Sequence record: MW250785
Direction: 5' to 3' (one strand)
Origin: Escherichia phage UPEC03
DNA: 64,000 bases
Below are positions 38,251 through 48,097 of this stretch, piece by piece. Both the position numbers and the translations under genes were made by a program. Position 1 is the stretch's first letter. Every line of letters starts with the position of its first letter. The notes beneath the pieces are model-generated. The model worked only from the letters and a program-made list of their open reading frames with translations. It was not told the DNA's origin and made no database searches.

Positions 38251-39251
38251 TGGTTGAATCTCAACTTTGCAGTTAAACCGGACACTGTATTTTCTTTCAG
38301 ATACTTAGCAATGTCTGCTTTGGTAGCACCATCACTTTTAATCATTTCGTTGATATCTTTTGACGGCCAGGGGCATTTATCCCATAAAACGACCTTTTCT
38401 CCAGCATCAATCAATTTTTTTAACCTTGCGGTAGTATCTGGATGATGTCGTTCATTGTCAAGAACCCAGACACGCATATTTTTATACGGAACATCGGACA
38501 GCGCCATTTGTCCGCCCGTAATCGCACCAGCATTATCTACAAACAGGCTATCCAGCGGCCCTTCAAGCAGGTAGACAGGTTTCAACGGATCGATGGTATC
38601 TTGACCATACACTTTCGTTGAGTGTTCACATGCTTTGATTGTCATGTATTTTGCGTTGGCATTGTCACGCAAGGCGCGTCCCTGGAATGACTCGATTTTA
38701 CCCTTTTCATCAAAGATAGGGATCACCAAACGCGGTTCATCCTTCGGTAAAGGGTATGCGTCCGCATTCACAGAGTTAACCAGGTGTTGCCATTGACGCG
38801 TAAACCAGAGGCGATCATATTTGTCTTTAGGTATGTGACGACCTGCAACATACTTAACGATAGGGTGATTTTCTGGCAACGTGTCCAGACGTTCGCAGAA
38901 CTGCAATTCAGGAATATATTTCTTTTCTTCCTTCGGCGGTTCTTCGTGCGTCTGTTTTAAATCTTTACGATCCTTGAAAGATTCCATCAAATACGCGGTA
39001 TAATCATCCGGGTAATAGTCTTTCAGAAACACAGAAAACGGCTTGCTGTAGTTGCAGTTAAAACAACCACACATCATGTGTGTGCCTCGTTTTGACGGGA
39101 ATATCCAGAAACGTTTTTTGTGCTTATCCTTCATGGAGTCGCCACAAATCGGACAACGGGAATGGATACTGAATTCTCCACCCCGTCGAACGATTTCGCT
39201 TTGTGGTAATGATCCCATGATACGAGTTGCGAACTCTATATCAAGATACAT
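38223..39251 (-). CDS. 61: DNA primase
   Basis: 342 aa (same length as T4 gp61); zinc motif CPICGDS...CFNCNY and blocks EPRLVIPI, FQGRAL, VWVLDNE.HPDT match T4 gp61. Confidence 0.9.
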   Translation of the reverse strand: MYLDIEFATRIMGSLPQSEIVRRGGEFSIHSRCPICGDSMKDKHKKRFWIFPSKRGTHMMCGCFNCNYSKPFSVFLKDYYPDDYTAYLMESFKDRKDLKQTHEEPPKEEKKYIPELQFCERLDTLPENHPIVKYVAGRHIPKDKYDRLWFTRQWQHLVNSVNADAYPLPKDEPRLVIPIFDEKGKIESFQGRALRDNANAKYMTIKACEHSTKVYGQDTIDPLKPVYLLEGPLDSLFVDNAGAITGGQMALSDVPYKNMRVWVLDNERHHPDTTARLKKLIDAGEKVVLWDKCPWPSKDINEMIKSDGATKADIAKYLKENTVSGLTAKLRFNQWDRSPKKK

Positions 39252-39259
39252 GTTTACCT

Positions 39260-39481
39260 CTATCGGCTAACTTCTTTCTCTGTGCCGTCTAAAGTGATTT
39301 TCCATTCATAGAATATCTTATAAAACGGATAAGGTCTAGGAATATCAACACCCGATGAAGTTTTTCTTTCGTTCGTGTACACGATCGCTGTGTCGCTCAT
39401 GTACTTGATACGGATAGGAAACCAGGTGTAATTGTTCGCAGTAACCCAGATCCGATAATTCAATGGCGGTAATGGTTTCAT
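39260..39481 (-). CDS. hypothetical protein (73 aa)
   Basis: ORF, minus strand. Confidence 0.45.
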   Translation of the reverse strand: MKPLPPLNYRIWVTANNYTWFPIRIKYMSDTAIVYTNERKTSSGVDIPRPYPFYKIFYEWKITLDGTEKEVSR

Positions 39482-39969
39482 TCTTCACTCTTCATGATTT
39501 TACGTTTGCGTTTATGCGGACGTGTAGAACCCAGAACCTTCGGCCCTTTGTTCGTGATCGCGCCTGTAGTCACACCCGAAGCAATATTATCCACACTTCC
39601 GCCTGAATCACCTGCAACCATTTCTTCGTTGAGTCTTTCGCGAAGTTCTGGGAGGTTCATCATGATTTCTTCGTGATCTTGCTCGGTCAGGTTCCAGCGG
39701 CTCCGTAACGAGTCATAAGCACTTGTAAGGTTCATGAACCCAGACATATAAGGAACCGCGTTTAAACGGCGCTTGATGTGTCTCACAGAGCGATGGAATG
39801 GGGAATATGCTTCCAGTTCTTCCTTCGTTTTCGGGTTTTTCAATACTTCCCCTTGACCGTCGATGATACCCAGCTTGTAAGCCGTCCATTCAGTCCAGGG
39901 CTTTTTCAGTAGGCGAATCATTCGCACACTGTAGGTTAAATCCATGTTTTTGATTAATTGATCGCTCAT
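39478..39969 (-). CDS. hypothetical protein (163 aa) with basic C-terminal tail
   Basis: C-terminal RPHKRKRKIMKSEE. Confidence 0.5.
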   Translation of the reverse strand: MSDQLIKNMDLTYSVRMIRLLKKPWTEWTAYKLGIIDGQGEVLKNPKTKEELEAYSPFHRSVRHIKRRLNAVPYMSGFMNLTSAYDSLRSRWNLTEQDHEEIMMNLPELRERLNEEMVAGDSGGSVDNIASGVTTGAITNKGPKVLGSTRPHKRKRKIMKSEE

Positions 39970-39974
39970 AGTCT

Positions 39975-40760
39975 TTACTCTATTGTGAAAGTGAAAAGGT
40001 TTTGCGCGGGTTCTGGCTCCGGTTCGGGGAATTCCATACAGACAACTTCACACATCGGTTTCACGCCTTTCCATTCTTCCAGATAATATCCGGTATCAAT
40101 GCCGCAACCTGGTTGCATTTCAAGGCCAGTTTCATCAAGAAACTTTTTGCATTTCGATGTTGTCGTTGATTCGTCCTGTTGGAAATAACGCCGTCCAGAG
40201 TAACGAAAATTCGCGGACATCTGCGGGAGAATGAACGTACCCGCACGGGCAATCTGTGAAGCACGTTCAATCACTTTATATTCAAATTCCGCGCCCGTAT
40301 ACTTACCCTTAAAATTGGATGTCTTTATCTTGCCGAAAGGTGGATTGCTGATCGCCATATCAAACAGAGTATCAAACTCCGTCGTTAACGCGTCTGCGTT
40401 AATCCAGGTCGCTTCCGGTACGATACGCTTACCCAACTTATAGTATGTATGGTTTAACTCAACACAGACGATTTCACGCGGTTTGGCGTACATCATCATA
40501 TGAAGCATCGCGAAGGATAGTCCACCGATACCCGCGCACAGGTCAACAACGCTTCCACTGGTACAAGCATCAATCGTGAAATCGCGAGCAAGTCCGATCG
40601 GGGTAAAGAATGCACCCAGTTCAGAGTTATTCGTAAATGCACCTTCATGGAAGTTTTCGATAATGAATAATTTTTCGTCGTAGGTTAGCGCCTTGTCAGA
40701 CTCCACCAGATCCATTATCTTGTTGTGTTGTTTGGTTTCCGCTTTCGTTAACTTCGCCAT
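39975..40760 (-). CDS. DNA amino-methyltransferase, gamma class (probably N6-adenine)
   Basis: 261 aa; motif X FFTP, motif I VVDLCAGIGG, motif IV ISNPPFG in the gamma-class order. Confidence 0.75.
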   Translation of the reverse strand: MAKLTKAETKQHNKIMDLVESDKALTYDEKLFIIENFHEGAFTNNSELGAFFTPIGLARDFTIDACTSGSVVDLCAGIGGLSFAMLHMMMYAKPREIVCVELNHTYYKLGKRIVPEATWINADALTTEFDTLFDMAISNPPFGKIKTSNFKGKYTGAEFEYKVIERASQIARAGTFILPQMSANFRYSGRRYFQQDESTTTSKCKKFLDETGLEMQPGCGIDTGYYLEEWKGVKPMCEVVCMEFPEPEPEPAQNLFTFTIE

Positions 40761-41091
40761 TGGCTTTTTCCGGTAATAAGAACAGAGGGGTAGATTCTAC
40801 CACATCAAAGCCCCAGTCATCAACAATATTGCTTTCCCAGTCGCGGGTTTCCCACGGGCTGCAAATCCACTTATACACCCCAGCAGGATCTTCAACCTGT
40901 TCAGGCATACCCAGCATTTCCGCATTGATACCTTCGTCCAAATAACCAGGATGAATATTAGGCCAACGCATGATATCAACATAGCCTTTGTCATCAACCG
41001 ATACGATCCATTCTGAACGATACGGGCTTTCGAACTCCGGTTCTTCGTCTGGGTATGCTGCAACTAAAATATCGTGTAATAAATCACTCAT
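40696..41091 (-). CDS. hypothetical acidic protein (131 aa)
   Basis: ORF, minus strand; 3-prime end overlaps the methyltransferase start. Confidence 0.45.
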   Translation of the reverse strand: MSDLLHDILVAAYPDEEPEFESPYRSEWIVSVDDKGYVDIMRWPNIHPGYLDEGINAEMLGMPEQVEDPAGVYKWICSPWETRDWESNIVDDWGFDVVESTPLFLLPEKANGEVNESGNQTTQQDNGSGGV

Positions 41092-41354
41092 TTCACTAAC
41101 CCCTCTTTAACGCCCTCTTTCATGGCTTTCAGAACACCGATAAAAGCGTCTTTGCCACCGATAGCGCCGATGATAAGCATCAGGACACCAACACAACCCG
41201 CTAAACCGATTCTGAACAGGTTCCAGGCAAACGGGATAGCCAGAAGCACTAACCACGGGAACGGAAAGCCCATAAGTGCGTTTAGAACCAGTAAGATAAA
41301 AGCGATTGCAAGTTTCATGATGTCCTCCTTTGTTTGTTTAGAATAAGGTATCAC
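41088..41354 (-). CDS. membrane protein (88 aa)
   Basis: Two to three hydrophobic helices. Confidence 0.45.
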   Translation of the reverse strand: MIPYSKQTKEDIMKLAIAFILLVLNALMGFPFPWLVLLAIPFAWNLFRIGLAGCVGVLMLIIGAIGGKDAFIGVLKAMKEGVKEGLVK

Positions 41355-41387
41355 CTTTCGAGAAGGATTGCAATACCTACAGATACA

Positions 41388-41412
41388 AAAAAGCCCCTTT
41401 CGGGGCTTAATT
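41388..41412 (-). terminator. rho-independent terminator
   Basis: aagccccgaaaggggctt hairpin followed by tttttt on the minus strand. Confidence 0.65.
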
Positions 41413-41413
41413 T

Positions 41414-41668
41414 TTATGCTTTGTTGATTAGATACCGAAGAACGTTTTTGGCCTGAACTTCGTTACAGCAGAGTTTGAATTCTGGGTCGATTGGGAGGAA
41501 GCCCCAGAGGAAATCAACGCTACCTTCAACATCTGCTTTCCCGCTTTTCAGCATTTCAACCAGCAAACCTCTGTTTACTACGCTGTTCACTACCGCATCG
41601 AAATAACCCGCGCTGAAATCCAGTTCTGGGTTCATCACTTCGTCGTATGGGTTGTTCAGTAAGTTCAT
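41414..41668 (-). CDS. hypothetical protein (84 aa)
   Basis: ORF, minus strand. Confidence 0.45.
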   Translation of the reverse strand: MNLLNNPYDEVMNPELDFSAGYFDAVVNSVVNRGLLVEMLKSGKADVEGSVDFLWGFLPIDPEFKLCCNEVQAKNVLRYLINKA

Positions 41669-41747
41669 TTGGTATCTCCTAATCAGTTTTGTTGTCTACG
41701 GGAGTCATATTATCACAATCAGAACTCCCGTCAACCCCTAATCAGGA

Positions 41748-41957
41748 TTATTTTGCGTTTTTTGCAATCCAGAGAGAAAGTTTAGGGAACACGTTTGCCA
41801 TTGCTACCACAAACAGAACCCAGAAAGCCAGCTTAATCACACCGATCACGATCAGAGGGGAGAACACAATCCACCAGGAAGCATTTGCCATAACCCCGAT
41901 TGCTGCCAGTTTCAGAGACAGGAGGATCAGGAACACAATAACGAGAATCTTTTTCAT
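41748..41957 (-). CDS. small membrane protein (69 aa)
   Basis: Two hydrophobic helices. Confidence 0.4.
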   Translation of the reverse strand: MKKILVIVFLILLSLKLAAIGVMANASWWIVFSPLIVIGVIKLAFWVLFVVAMANVFPKLSLWIAKNAK

Positions 41958-41975
41958 TTCACTATACCTTTGATT

Positions 41976-41989
41976 GGGGCCGAAGCCCC
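41976..41989 (-). terminator. hairpin, probable terminator
   Basis: ggggccgaagcccc. Confidence 0.45.
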
Positions 41990-41990
41990 G

Positions 41991-43430
41991 TTAAAATTGA
42001 ATGTCTGTACTATTTGCTACTTCGGCTAACTTACTGCTTCGGTTAGTCTCAGCTTGTTTTACCATAGCACCTTGTGCTTCTTCAAGCGTTTTCGGCATCT
42101 GACGACCTTTATAATCAGATTGGAACCCGATATCGCTGTTGTCGGTATCCATCCAGCGTTGATTACCCTTGCGCACTTCGAGTTTGAAGTGGTTAAAGTG
42201 GTTCTTATCGCCGTAACGGGATTTGATCTGCTTGAACAACTGCAATCCCTGATCAGCTAACTCGTCGGTCTCGATCACAGCTAACATAAAGTCAGCGGTA
42301 GCTGGAAGACCAGCAGATTCGGCAACGTCGCCCATGCTGATATCAGAAGCATCCCACGCGGCGCGGGTAGTCTGCGCACCAGTCCACATTACGGTATTTG
42401 TTTCAACAGCCAAACCGCGAAGTTCTTCGGCAATCGCTTTAACCAGGATGTATGTGTTTTCCGCCCCGCGTACACGGGTAGAAGCACAGATCCCCAGGTA
42501 GTCAACAATAATCACATCAGGTACGAAACTCTTCTTCAATTTAAGCTCTTTAATCAGCGCTTTGAAGTGGTTCGCGTTCGCCCCTGCTGTTGGGTATTGC
42601 TTAACGATTAAACGCCCGACCTTCGACTGTTTGAGGCGTTCCATACGGTTCTTATAGTCCGCATAGGTGATGTTCCCGTTGTCGATATCGTCCATCGCAA
42701 CATCAAGCAGGTTAGCGTCAATACGTTTAGAACAAACGTGTTCAGCCATTTCCATACTGATATACAGGACGTTTTTACCTGATTGCAGGTAATCAGCAGC
42801 GAGAGAACAAAGCCCCAGAGATTTACCAACGTTAACACCAGCCATTAAGATGTTCAATGTTCCACGTTCTGCGCCGCCTTTGGTAATGGCGTTCAGGATC
42901 GGGATATTGAAAGCAATCTTCATCGCTTTGGACTGGTAAAGCATCCAGCGTTTTTCGTAGTCTTCGAAGTAATCATGACCGACCGAACTATCGAAGCTAA
43001 TCGCTAACGCTTCCGCCATGATGTCAGGGATTGCCCCAACGTCAGGGATTTTGTTGTTGCGTTCGCCAGCAGGTTTTTCAGCATTCGCCTGGATCTCAAT
43101 TGCACGGGACAGAGCGCGATACATTGCCTTGTCGCGACAATAGGTTTCCGTTTCTTTCATCAACCATTCCAGATCTTCCGGCGCATTTTTCATGCTGCGG
43201 ATCATCTTTTTGGTATCTTCGTAGACTACATCACTCAGGCTCTTTTTGTCCAGAGCTACTTCTAAAGCAGTTTGTGAAGGAATGCTGTTGAATTCCTGTA
43301 CGTGCTTATCCATCAAATCAAAGAGAATCTGCGCGTTCCCTTCGAAATATTCACGGCGTAAATGGGGCCACGCCTGAACAAAATACGTACCATTAAAAAC
43401 CAGATTTGAAAATATTGTTTCGACGATCAT
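41991..43430 (-). CDS. 41: replicative DNA helicase (DnaB-like)
   Basis: 479 aa (T4 gp41 is 475); Walker A in MAGVNVGKSLGL and overall DnaB-family layout. Confidence 0.9.
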   Translation of the reverse strand: MIVETIFSNLVFNGTYFVQAWPHLRREYFEGNAQILFDLMDKHVQEFNSIPSQTALEVALDKKSLSDVVYEDTKKMIRSMKNAPEDLEWLMKETETYCRDKAMYRALSRAIEIQANAEKPAGERNNKIPDVGAIPDIMAEALAISFDSSVGHDYFEDYEKRWMLYQSKAMKIAFNIPILNAITKGGAERGTLNILMAGVNVGKSLGLCSLAADYLQSGKNVLYISMEMAEHVCSKRIDANLLDVAMDDIDNGNITYADYKNRMERLKQSKVGRLIVKQYPTAGANANHFKALIKELKLKKSFVPDVIIVDYLGICASTRVRGAENTYILVKAIAEELRGLAVETNTVMWTGAQTTRAAWDASDISMGDVAESAGLPATADFMLAVIETDELADQGLQLFKQIKSRYGDKNHFNHFKLEVRKGNQRWMDTDNSDIGFQSDYKGRQMPKTLEEAQGAMVKQAETNRSSKLAEVANSTDIQF

Positions 43431-43439
43431 TGTTACCTC

Positions 43440-43745
43440 TTAAACCAGATTAGCGAACATCTGAAAGAAATTATACAGCTTTACTTTCAACGCCGCCCAT
43501 AAGGTCTTTTCAGGCTTTGGGAGATTAGGCTTGATCTGCGCGTAGATTGCATCGTGAACCAGCGGAATCAGTTTTTCTTTGTCTTCTTCCGGCGTACTGA
43601 ATTCGACTTTCAGGCCGTTATCCCAATACACCTTATGGATGTACACTAAGTGTGCAACATCGTTTTCATCGTTGATCAACAGTTCTTGAATAACGTCCTG
43701 CATTGCTTCATCAAGAATGTTTTTTGTTTTTTGTTCAATGTCCAT
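43440..43745 (-). CDS. hypothetical protein at the position of T4 gene 40
   Basis: 101 aa ORF between gp41 and uvsX; assigned by position only. Confidence 0.4.
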   Translation of the reverse strand: MDIEQKTKNILDEAMQDVIQELLINDENDVAHLVYIHKVYWDNGLKVEFSTPEEDKEKLIPLVHDAIYAQIKPNLPKPEKTLWAALKVKLYNFFQMFANLV

Positions 43746-43761
43746 GATTCACCTATTAAAA

Positions 43762-43776
43762 GGGGGCAAAGCCCCC
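43762..43776 (-). terminator. hairpin, probable terminator
   Basis: gggggcaaagccccc. Confidence 0.45.
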
Positions 43777-43785
43777 AGTTGTTTA

Positions 43786-44934
43786 TTACTCTTCTGACAT
43801 ATCCACATCATCAGGGATATCGTCATCGAGATCAAATTTATTTGACGGTTCTACTTCATCGTCAGAATAAAGATCTTCGAGTGCTGCCCCGTCAGTGATC
43901 TCTTTGTCAGGAATACGGTACTTATCCTGAATAGCATCAAGGAATGGTTGGTGAGTGAACAGAGGTTTCCAGAACTCAATAGAGTTGGTTTCCGATTCAC
44001 GCCATTTCTTTTCTTCCAGTTCAAGTTCGCCCGTTTCCGTGTTCAGGAACGCACGACCGCGCCAGCCTTTCGTTGGAGTCTGAACGAAGTTCATTTCCAT
44101 AGCCAGATCCAGAAGACCAGAGAACATACTGATACCGCCCTCATAGGTAACATGAAGCGGGAATTTGGATTTCTCTTTCACGAAACGAGATTTCTCGATG
44201 TTCATGATGAAGTCATAACCGACAACTTCCGTACCTTCTTTCACCTGCTGTTTGCCCAGGATGATCGCGGTATCTGCGGAATACATCAGACCAGTACCAC
44301 CAGAAATGACTTTCTTGCTGTACATTTCTTGTGTGTCGTATGTGTGACAGATACACACCATTGGAATATCCAGATCCGCCAGGTAAGGCGTAACCATACG
44401 GAACATACCTTTAAGTGCTTTAGCGCGGGTCATGTCCTGTTTGTCGTTGTCAGACAGGGCATCAGCCAGTTCTTTTTTACTCGCGGTGTTGCCTACAGAG
44501 TCCACGAAAATGATCACTTTGTCGCCACGTTCCAGCGCGTTAAGCTGGCTCACAACGTCATTTCGAAGTTGCTCAACTGTCGTGATACGAGTATACACCA
44601 CACGATCGGGGTCAACGCCCATTGATTTCAGGTAAGACTTAGTTACGCCTTTCTCTGAATCGTAGAACAGACACACAGCATCCTCATTCGCTTTGAGGTA
44701 CGCCGCAACCGTCACCAGCCCCAGATTCGATTTAAAGTGTTTTGACGGACCAGCAAACAGAGTTAAGCCGGAAGTCAGACCACCATCGAAAGCGCCGGAC
44801 AGCGCCAGGTTCAGGATCGGTACACGGGTTCGAGTTTTGGTGATGTTATTGAAAACATCGCTTTCAGACAGAATTGACGCAGATTGACTATTCGAGTTTT
44901 TGATCAGTTTTTTCAGGAGTGCTTTATTAGACAT
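43786..44934 (-). CDS. uvsX: UvsX recombinase (RecA-like)
   Basis: 382 aa; GPSKHFKSN, DAVCLFYDSE, VDSVGNTASKKE, HTYDTQEMYSK match recalled T4 UvsX. Confidence 0.92.
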   Translation of the reverse strand: MSNKALLKKLIKNSNSQSASILSESDVFNNITKTRTRVPILNLALSGAFDGGLTSGLTLFAGPSKHFKSNLGLVTVAAYLKANEDAVCLFYDSEKGVTKSYLKSMGVDPDRVVYTRITTVEQLRNDVVSQLNALERGDKVIIFVDSVGNTASKKELADALSDNDKQDMTRAKALKGMFRMVTPYLADLDIPMVCICHTYDTQEMYSKKVISGGTGLMYSADTAIILGKQQVKEGTEVVGYDFIMNIEKSRFVKEKSKFPLHVTYEGGISMFSGLLDLAMEMNFVQTPTKGWRGRAFLNTETGELELEEKKWRESETNSIEFWKPLFTHQPFLDAIQDKYRIPDKEITDGAALEDLYSDDEVEPSNKFDLDDDIPDDVDMSEE

Positions 44935-45013
44935 TTATTTTTCCGGTTTATATACACGCATAATATTTTCCTCACAAATTTATATAAATGGGGCATTTCT
45001 GCCCCGTCAGGTC

Positions 45014-47719
45014 TTACCAGTCATCACCAAACAGAGTGTTCAGGGATGTGCGTTTTTCGTAATCAATTTTACATGCTTCCGTGATGTTTTGCAACGGACT
45101 AATCACATGTTTTTCAAATAATCCGCCGTAGTCTACCCACTTCAAAATATCTTCTTCGATCTCAGTTGGTAAACGCGTACCGGATTGCCATGCGATGCAA
45201 TCAGCTTGCCACGGGTTTTTATCTCGCAACGGCAGAACCATCACCTTTTCACCTTCCATGATCGGGGTGATTCCTTGAATACCCTTCGTATGGCGGTTAA
45301 AGAACAGAACGCCTTTGATGTGGTTTGGTGTCCCTTTGATTGGGAAGCCAGCACCATCATTATATTTTGAGATATTATTAGCAGATGATACACCAGCTAT
45401 TTCTCGGTAGTCAAGTGCCTTATACTCTTCTTCAAATACTTTGAAGTGTTCGTGTAAGGATTCTTCACCTTCTTGCAGGATGCGACGGATCGCTTCTTTC
45501 AAGAACTTTTTAACCGCTGTCGGTGTACTGCTTCGCTGGGTTTCCATTCCCATGATCTTTAATTTAGGCTTCTCGTAACGGGTTCCTTCGGAGTCCCATA
45601 CGTTAGCCGCATATCGTTTCTTCGCCGTCCAGAAACTACCCAAACCTTTCGATCCCAGAGGTGGCCCAGAAATGATTTCGCGATCCATAAACATCAGGTG
45701 TTCGACGTTGTTCATGTACTCGCAAAGTTCACGGTAGCCCTTATCAATGATAGGTTCCATGCGTTCTTTACTGAACTTATCCAGGAAGTCAACCCAATGG
45801 TTGTTATCCCTGAACTTACTTTCACCGCCGACTTTCGCGATCACGTTGTCCATGCAAACATAAATGGAGTCGGTGTCACAGTAACGCACGTATGCGTAAT
45901 CCGTGGTGTTGCACAGTTCGTTAAGGTATTCGTTAACCTTACGCTCAATCCACTGAATAGCCAACTGCCCGAACATGGTGATCGCGCTGGCGTTTCGAAT
46001 ATCGAAGTAACGGAAATGTTCGTTACCCAACGCACCATAAAGGGAGTTGATACTGATTTTACGGTTAAGCTGTGCGGTGTTCGCCTGTGCGATTTTCTTC
46101 TCACACACTTTCTTCACGGCTTTAAGCATTTGCTTAGACAGCGTTTTCAGTACAGCTTTTGATTCATCACCGAAATCTTCGTAGAACTCGAAATCAGGGT
46201 TGATCATTTGGTTGTGCGCGTCTGTCAGGTGTTCGAGTTCGTGCTTAATCAGTTCGAGATTTCGCTCACCCGCCATCATTCGTTTTTTCCACGCCTTACG
46301 CTGATCAAATACTTTCTTGATCTCGACCGGAATCACGCCTTTAACATCGCGTCGGAACATCCACCCGTTAGGAGAGCAGCTAAATTCGTCGCTAGGACGC
46401 GGCGCAGTCTTATTGATGTATTCATGCATCGGACGCACTGCAAAGCTGTTAGCGATTGTCTCAGGGCTTATATTCACCTGTCGGATGATAGATGGATACA
46501 GACTGGTTAAGTCGAACGATACAATGTAACGGTATGGAGCGACAACCGGATCTTTAACGTATGCACCATCATACGGCGTTTTAGTATGGCGTTTGTTTTC
46601 TGGGATTACTTTCTTCTCTTCACGTAGAGAGTTGTAAATGATTGCGTCCCACGTTTTAAGCGGCGACATAACCCCAGGGAAGTTGATTTTCGCGTAGTAC
46701 GCTACAGACAGAACCAGTTCGATAAAGTTTCGTTTACCGTCGATATCCAACACGCGGATAACGTCAACGATGTTGTACGTGATGTATTTCTGGTGATCCG
46801 CTTGACGAAGTTCAGACAGCGAACCTTCATAATCAACTTTGCTTTTACCTGTTTCGAACTCAGCGATCGCACCCAGAGAGTAAGACGGTTGCGGGGTGAA
46901 ACTGAATTTCTTATAGAGATCCATTCCATCCATTTGAGCAACGCCGTAAATCTCATAGCCCAGTTGTTCGTTCCCGTAATGGTCGGTTGTTGTCTTCGCA
47001 GTCACTTTCCCGAACGGGCTGAAATGACGAACAACGTTTTGCCCGAAGATGTTCAGGTAACGGGTGATGATATACGCAATATCGAACTTGTTTGAGTTCC
47101 AGCCCGTAACAATAACAGGCGTCCGCTCTTTCCAGTCTTTGATATAAGCCGACAACAGCGACTTTTCGGTCTGGAATGAACGGTAAACAATTTTCTTCAA
47201 GTCTTCTTCGCTGATCTCGTTTTCGGTATCAACTTTCGACGCTACCCATTCATCTAACCCGCCCTCGACCAGATCGTACACAAAGAATTTATCTTCAACG
47301 CTGTCATAGTGTGTGATTGCGTCGATAGCATATTTTGCTTCGCGGGGATCAGGGAATTCAGGCGCGGTAACTTCGATATCAAGTGAAGCAATGCGGATCT
47401 TGTCGCGGTCGTATTCGATTTCCTTTCTGTAGGCATCGGATATATACGCCAGCCTGAAATCATCCATGCCTAGCGCTTCCATGCCTACATCTTTCATTCG
47501 CTGCATCCAGTTTTTTGCTTCTTTGATGCTTTCGAAGTTCTTTTTGATGCAGGTCTTGCCGTAAATGTCGCGATATGGCGAGTCTACACCCGCCATAGCG
47601 TGTTGAAACATTGTAGGCGCATATTTTGTTTTGCGAACCTGTTCGCGTCCCTCAGAGTCAATGAAGCGCTCGTAGATGTGATCGCCCATTTGCTCAACGG
47701 ATAGATAAAATTCATTCAT
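45014..47719 (-). CDS. 43: DNA polymerase (family B)
   Basis: 901 aa (T4 gp43 is 898); exonuclease and polymerase motifs including SLYPSII and YCDTDS. Confidence 0.95.
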   Translation of the reverse strand: MNEFYLSVEQMGDHIYERFIDSEGREQVRKTKYAPTMFQHAMAGVDSPYRDIYGKTCIKKNFESIKEAKNWMQRMKDVGMEALGMDDFRLAYISDAYRKEIEYDRDKIRIASLDIEVTAPEFPDPREAKYAIDAITHYDSVEDKFFVYDLVEGGLDEWVASKVDTENEISEEDLKKIVYRSFQTEKSLLSAYIKDWKERTPVIVTGWNSNKFDIAYIITRYLNIFGQNVVRHFSPFGKVTAKTTTDHYGNEQLGYEIYGVAQMDGMDLYKKFSFTPQPSYSLGAIAEFETGKSKVDYEGSLSELRQADHQKYITYNIVDVIRVLDIDGKRNFIELVLSVAYYAKINFPGVMSPLKTWDAIIYNSLREEKKVIPENKRHTKTPYDGAYVKDPVVAPYRYIVSFDLTSLYPSIIRQVNISPETIANSFAVRPMHEYINKTAPRPSDEFSCSPNGWMFRRDVKGVIPVEIKKVFDQRKAWKKRMMAGERNLELIKHELEHLTDAHNQMINPDFEFYEDFGDESKAVLKTLSKQMLKAVKKVCEKKIAQANTAQLNRKISINSLYGALGNEHFRYFDIRNASAITMFGQLAIQWIERKVNEYLNELCNTTDYAYVRYCDTDSIYVCMDNVIAKVGGESKFRDNNHWVDFLDKFSKERMEPIIDKGYRELCEYMNNVEHLMFMDREIISGPPLGSKGLGSFWTAKKRYAANVWDSEGTRYEKPKLKIMGMETQRSSTPTAVKKFLKEAIRRILQEGEESLHEHFKVFEEEYKALDYREIAGVSSANNISKYNDGAGFPIKGTPNHIKGVLFFNRHTKGIQGITPIMEGEKVMVLPLRDKNPWQADCIAWQSGTRLPTEIEEDILKWVDYGGLFEKHVISPLQNITEACKIDYEKRTSLNTLFGDDW

Positions 47720-48029
47720 TACGGTTTTCTTTCTCCGTGTTTAATCGTGACAGGAATGATACCCCAGCCAGCTTGGTCAGATCAAGCGAGCGTTGCGCTA
47801 ATTTGTGATAGCGTTGGGTGTCAGGCCGATTTAGTTGTTCAACTAGCACGGTATATTCTTCCATGATGCGAGTATAGAACTTAGGGAAGTGATCCCGCGC
47901 GTATGCGTAGGTGCGCAGATCAGAGAGATTGCAAGTAAGAGACAGTTTGATGTCTTCGCTATGCAGACGGTTGATCAAGTGATCGCCGGATTCAATAGCT
48001 TTGATGATTTCTTCAATACGAATTTTCAT
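47712..48029 (-). CDS. hypothetical protein (105 aa)
   Basis: ORF between regA and gene 43. Confidence 0.45.
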   Translation of the reverse strand: MKIRIEEIIKAIESGDHLINRLHSEDIKLSLTCNLSDLRTYAYARDHFPKFYTRIMEEYTVLVEQLNRPDTQRYHKLAQRSLDLTKLAGVSFLSRLNTEKENRNE

Positions 48030-48061
48030 AATTTAGTCCTCACAAGTGGTGTACAACCAAT

Positions 48062-48092
48062 ATAACAAAGCCCCTGCATTTCTGCAAGGGCT
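48062..48092 (-). terminator. rho-independent terminator
   Basis: agcccctgcatttctgcaagggct hairpin followed by ttttg. Confidence 0.55.
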
Positions 48093-48097
48093 TTTGA

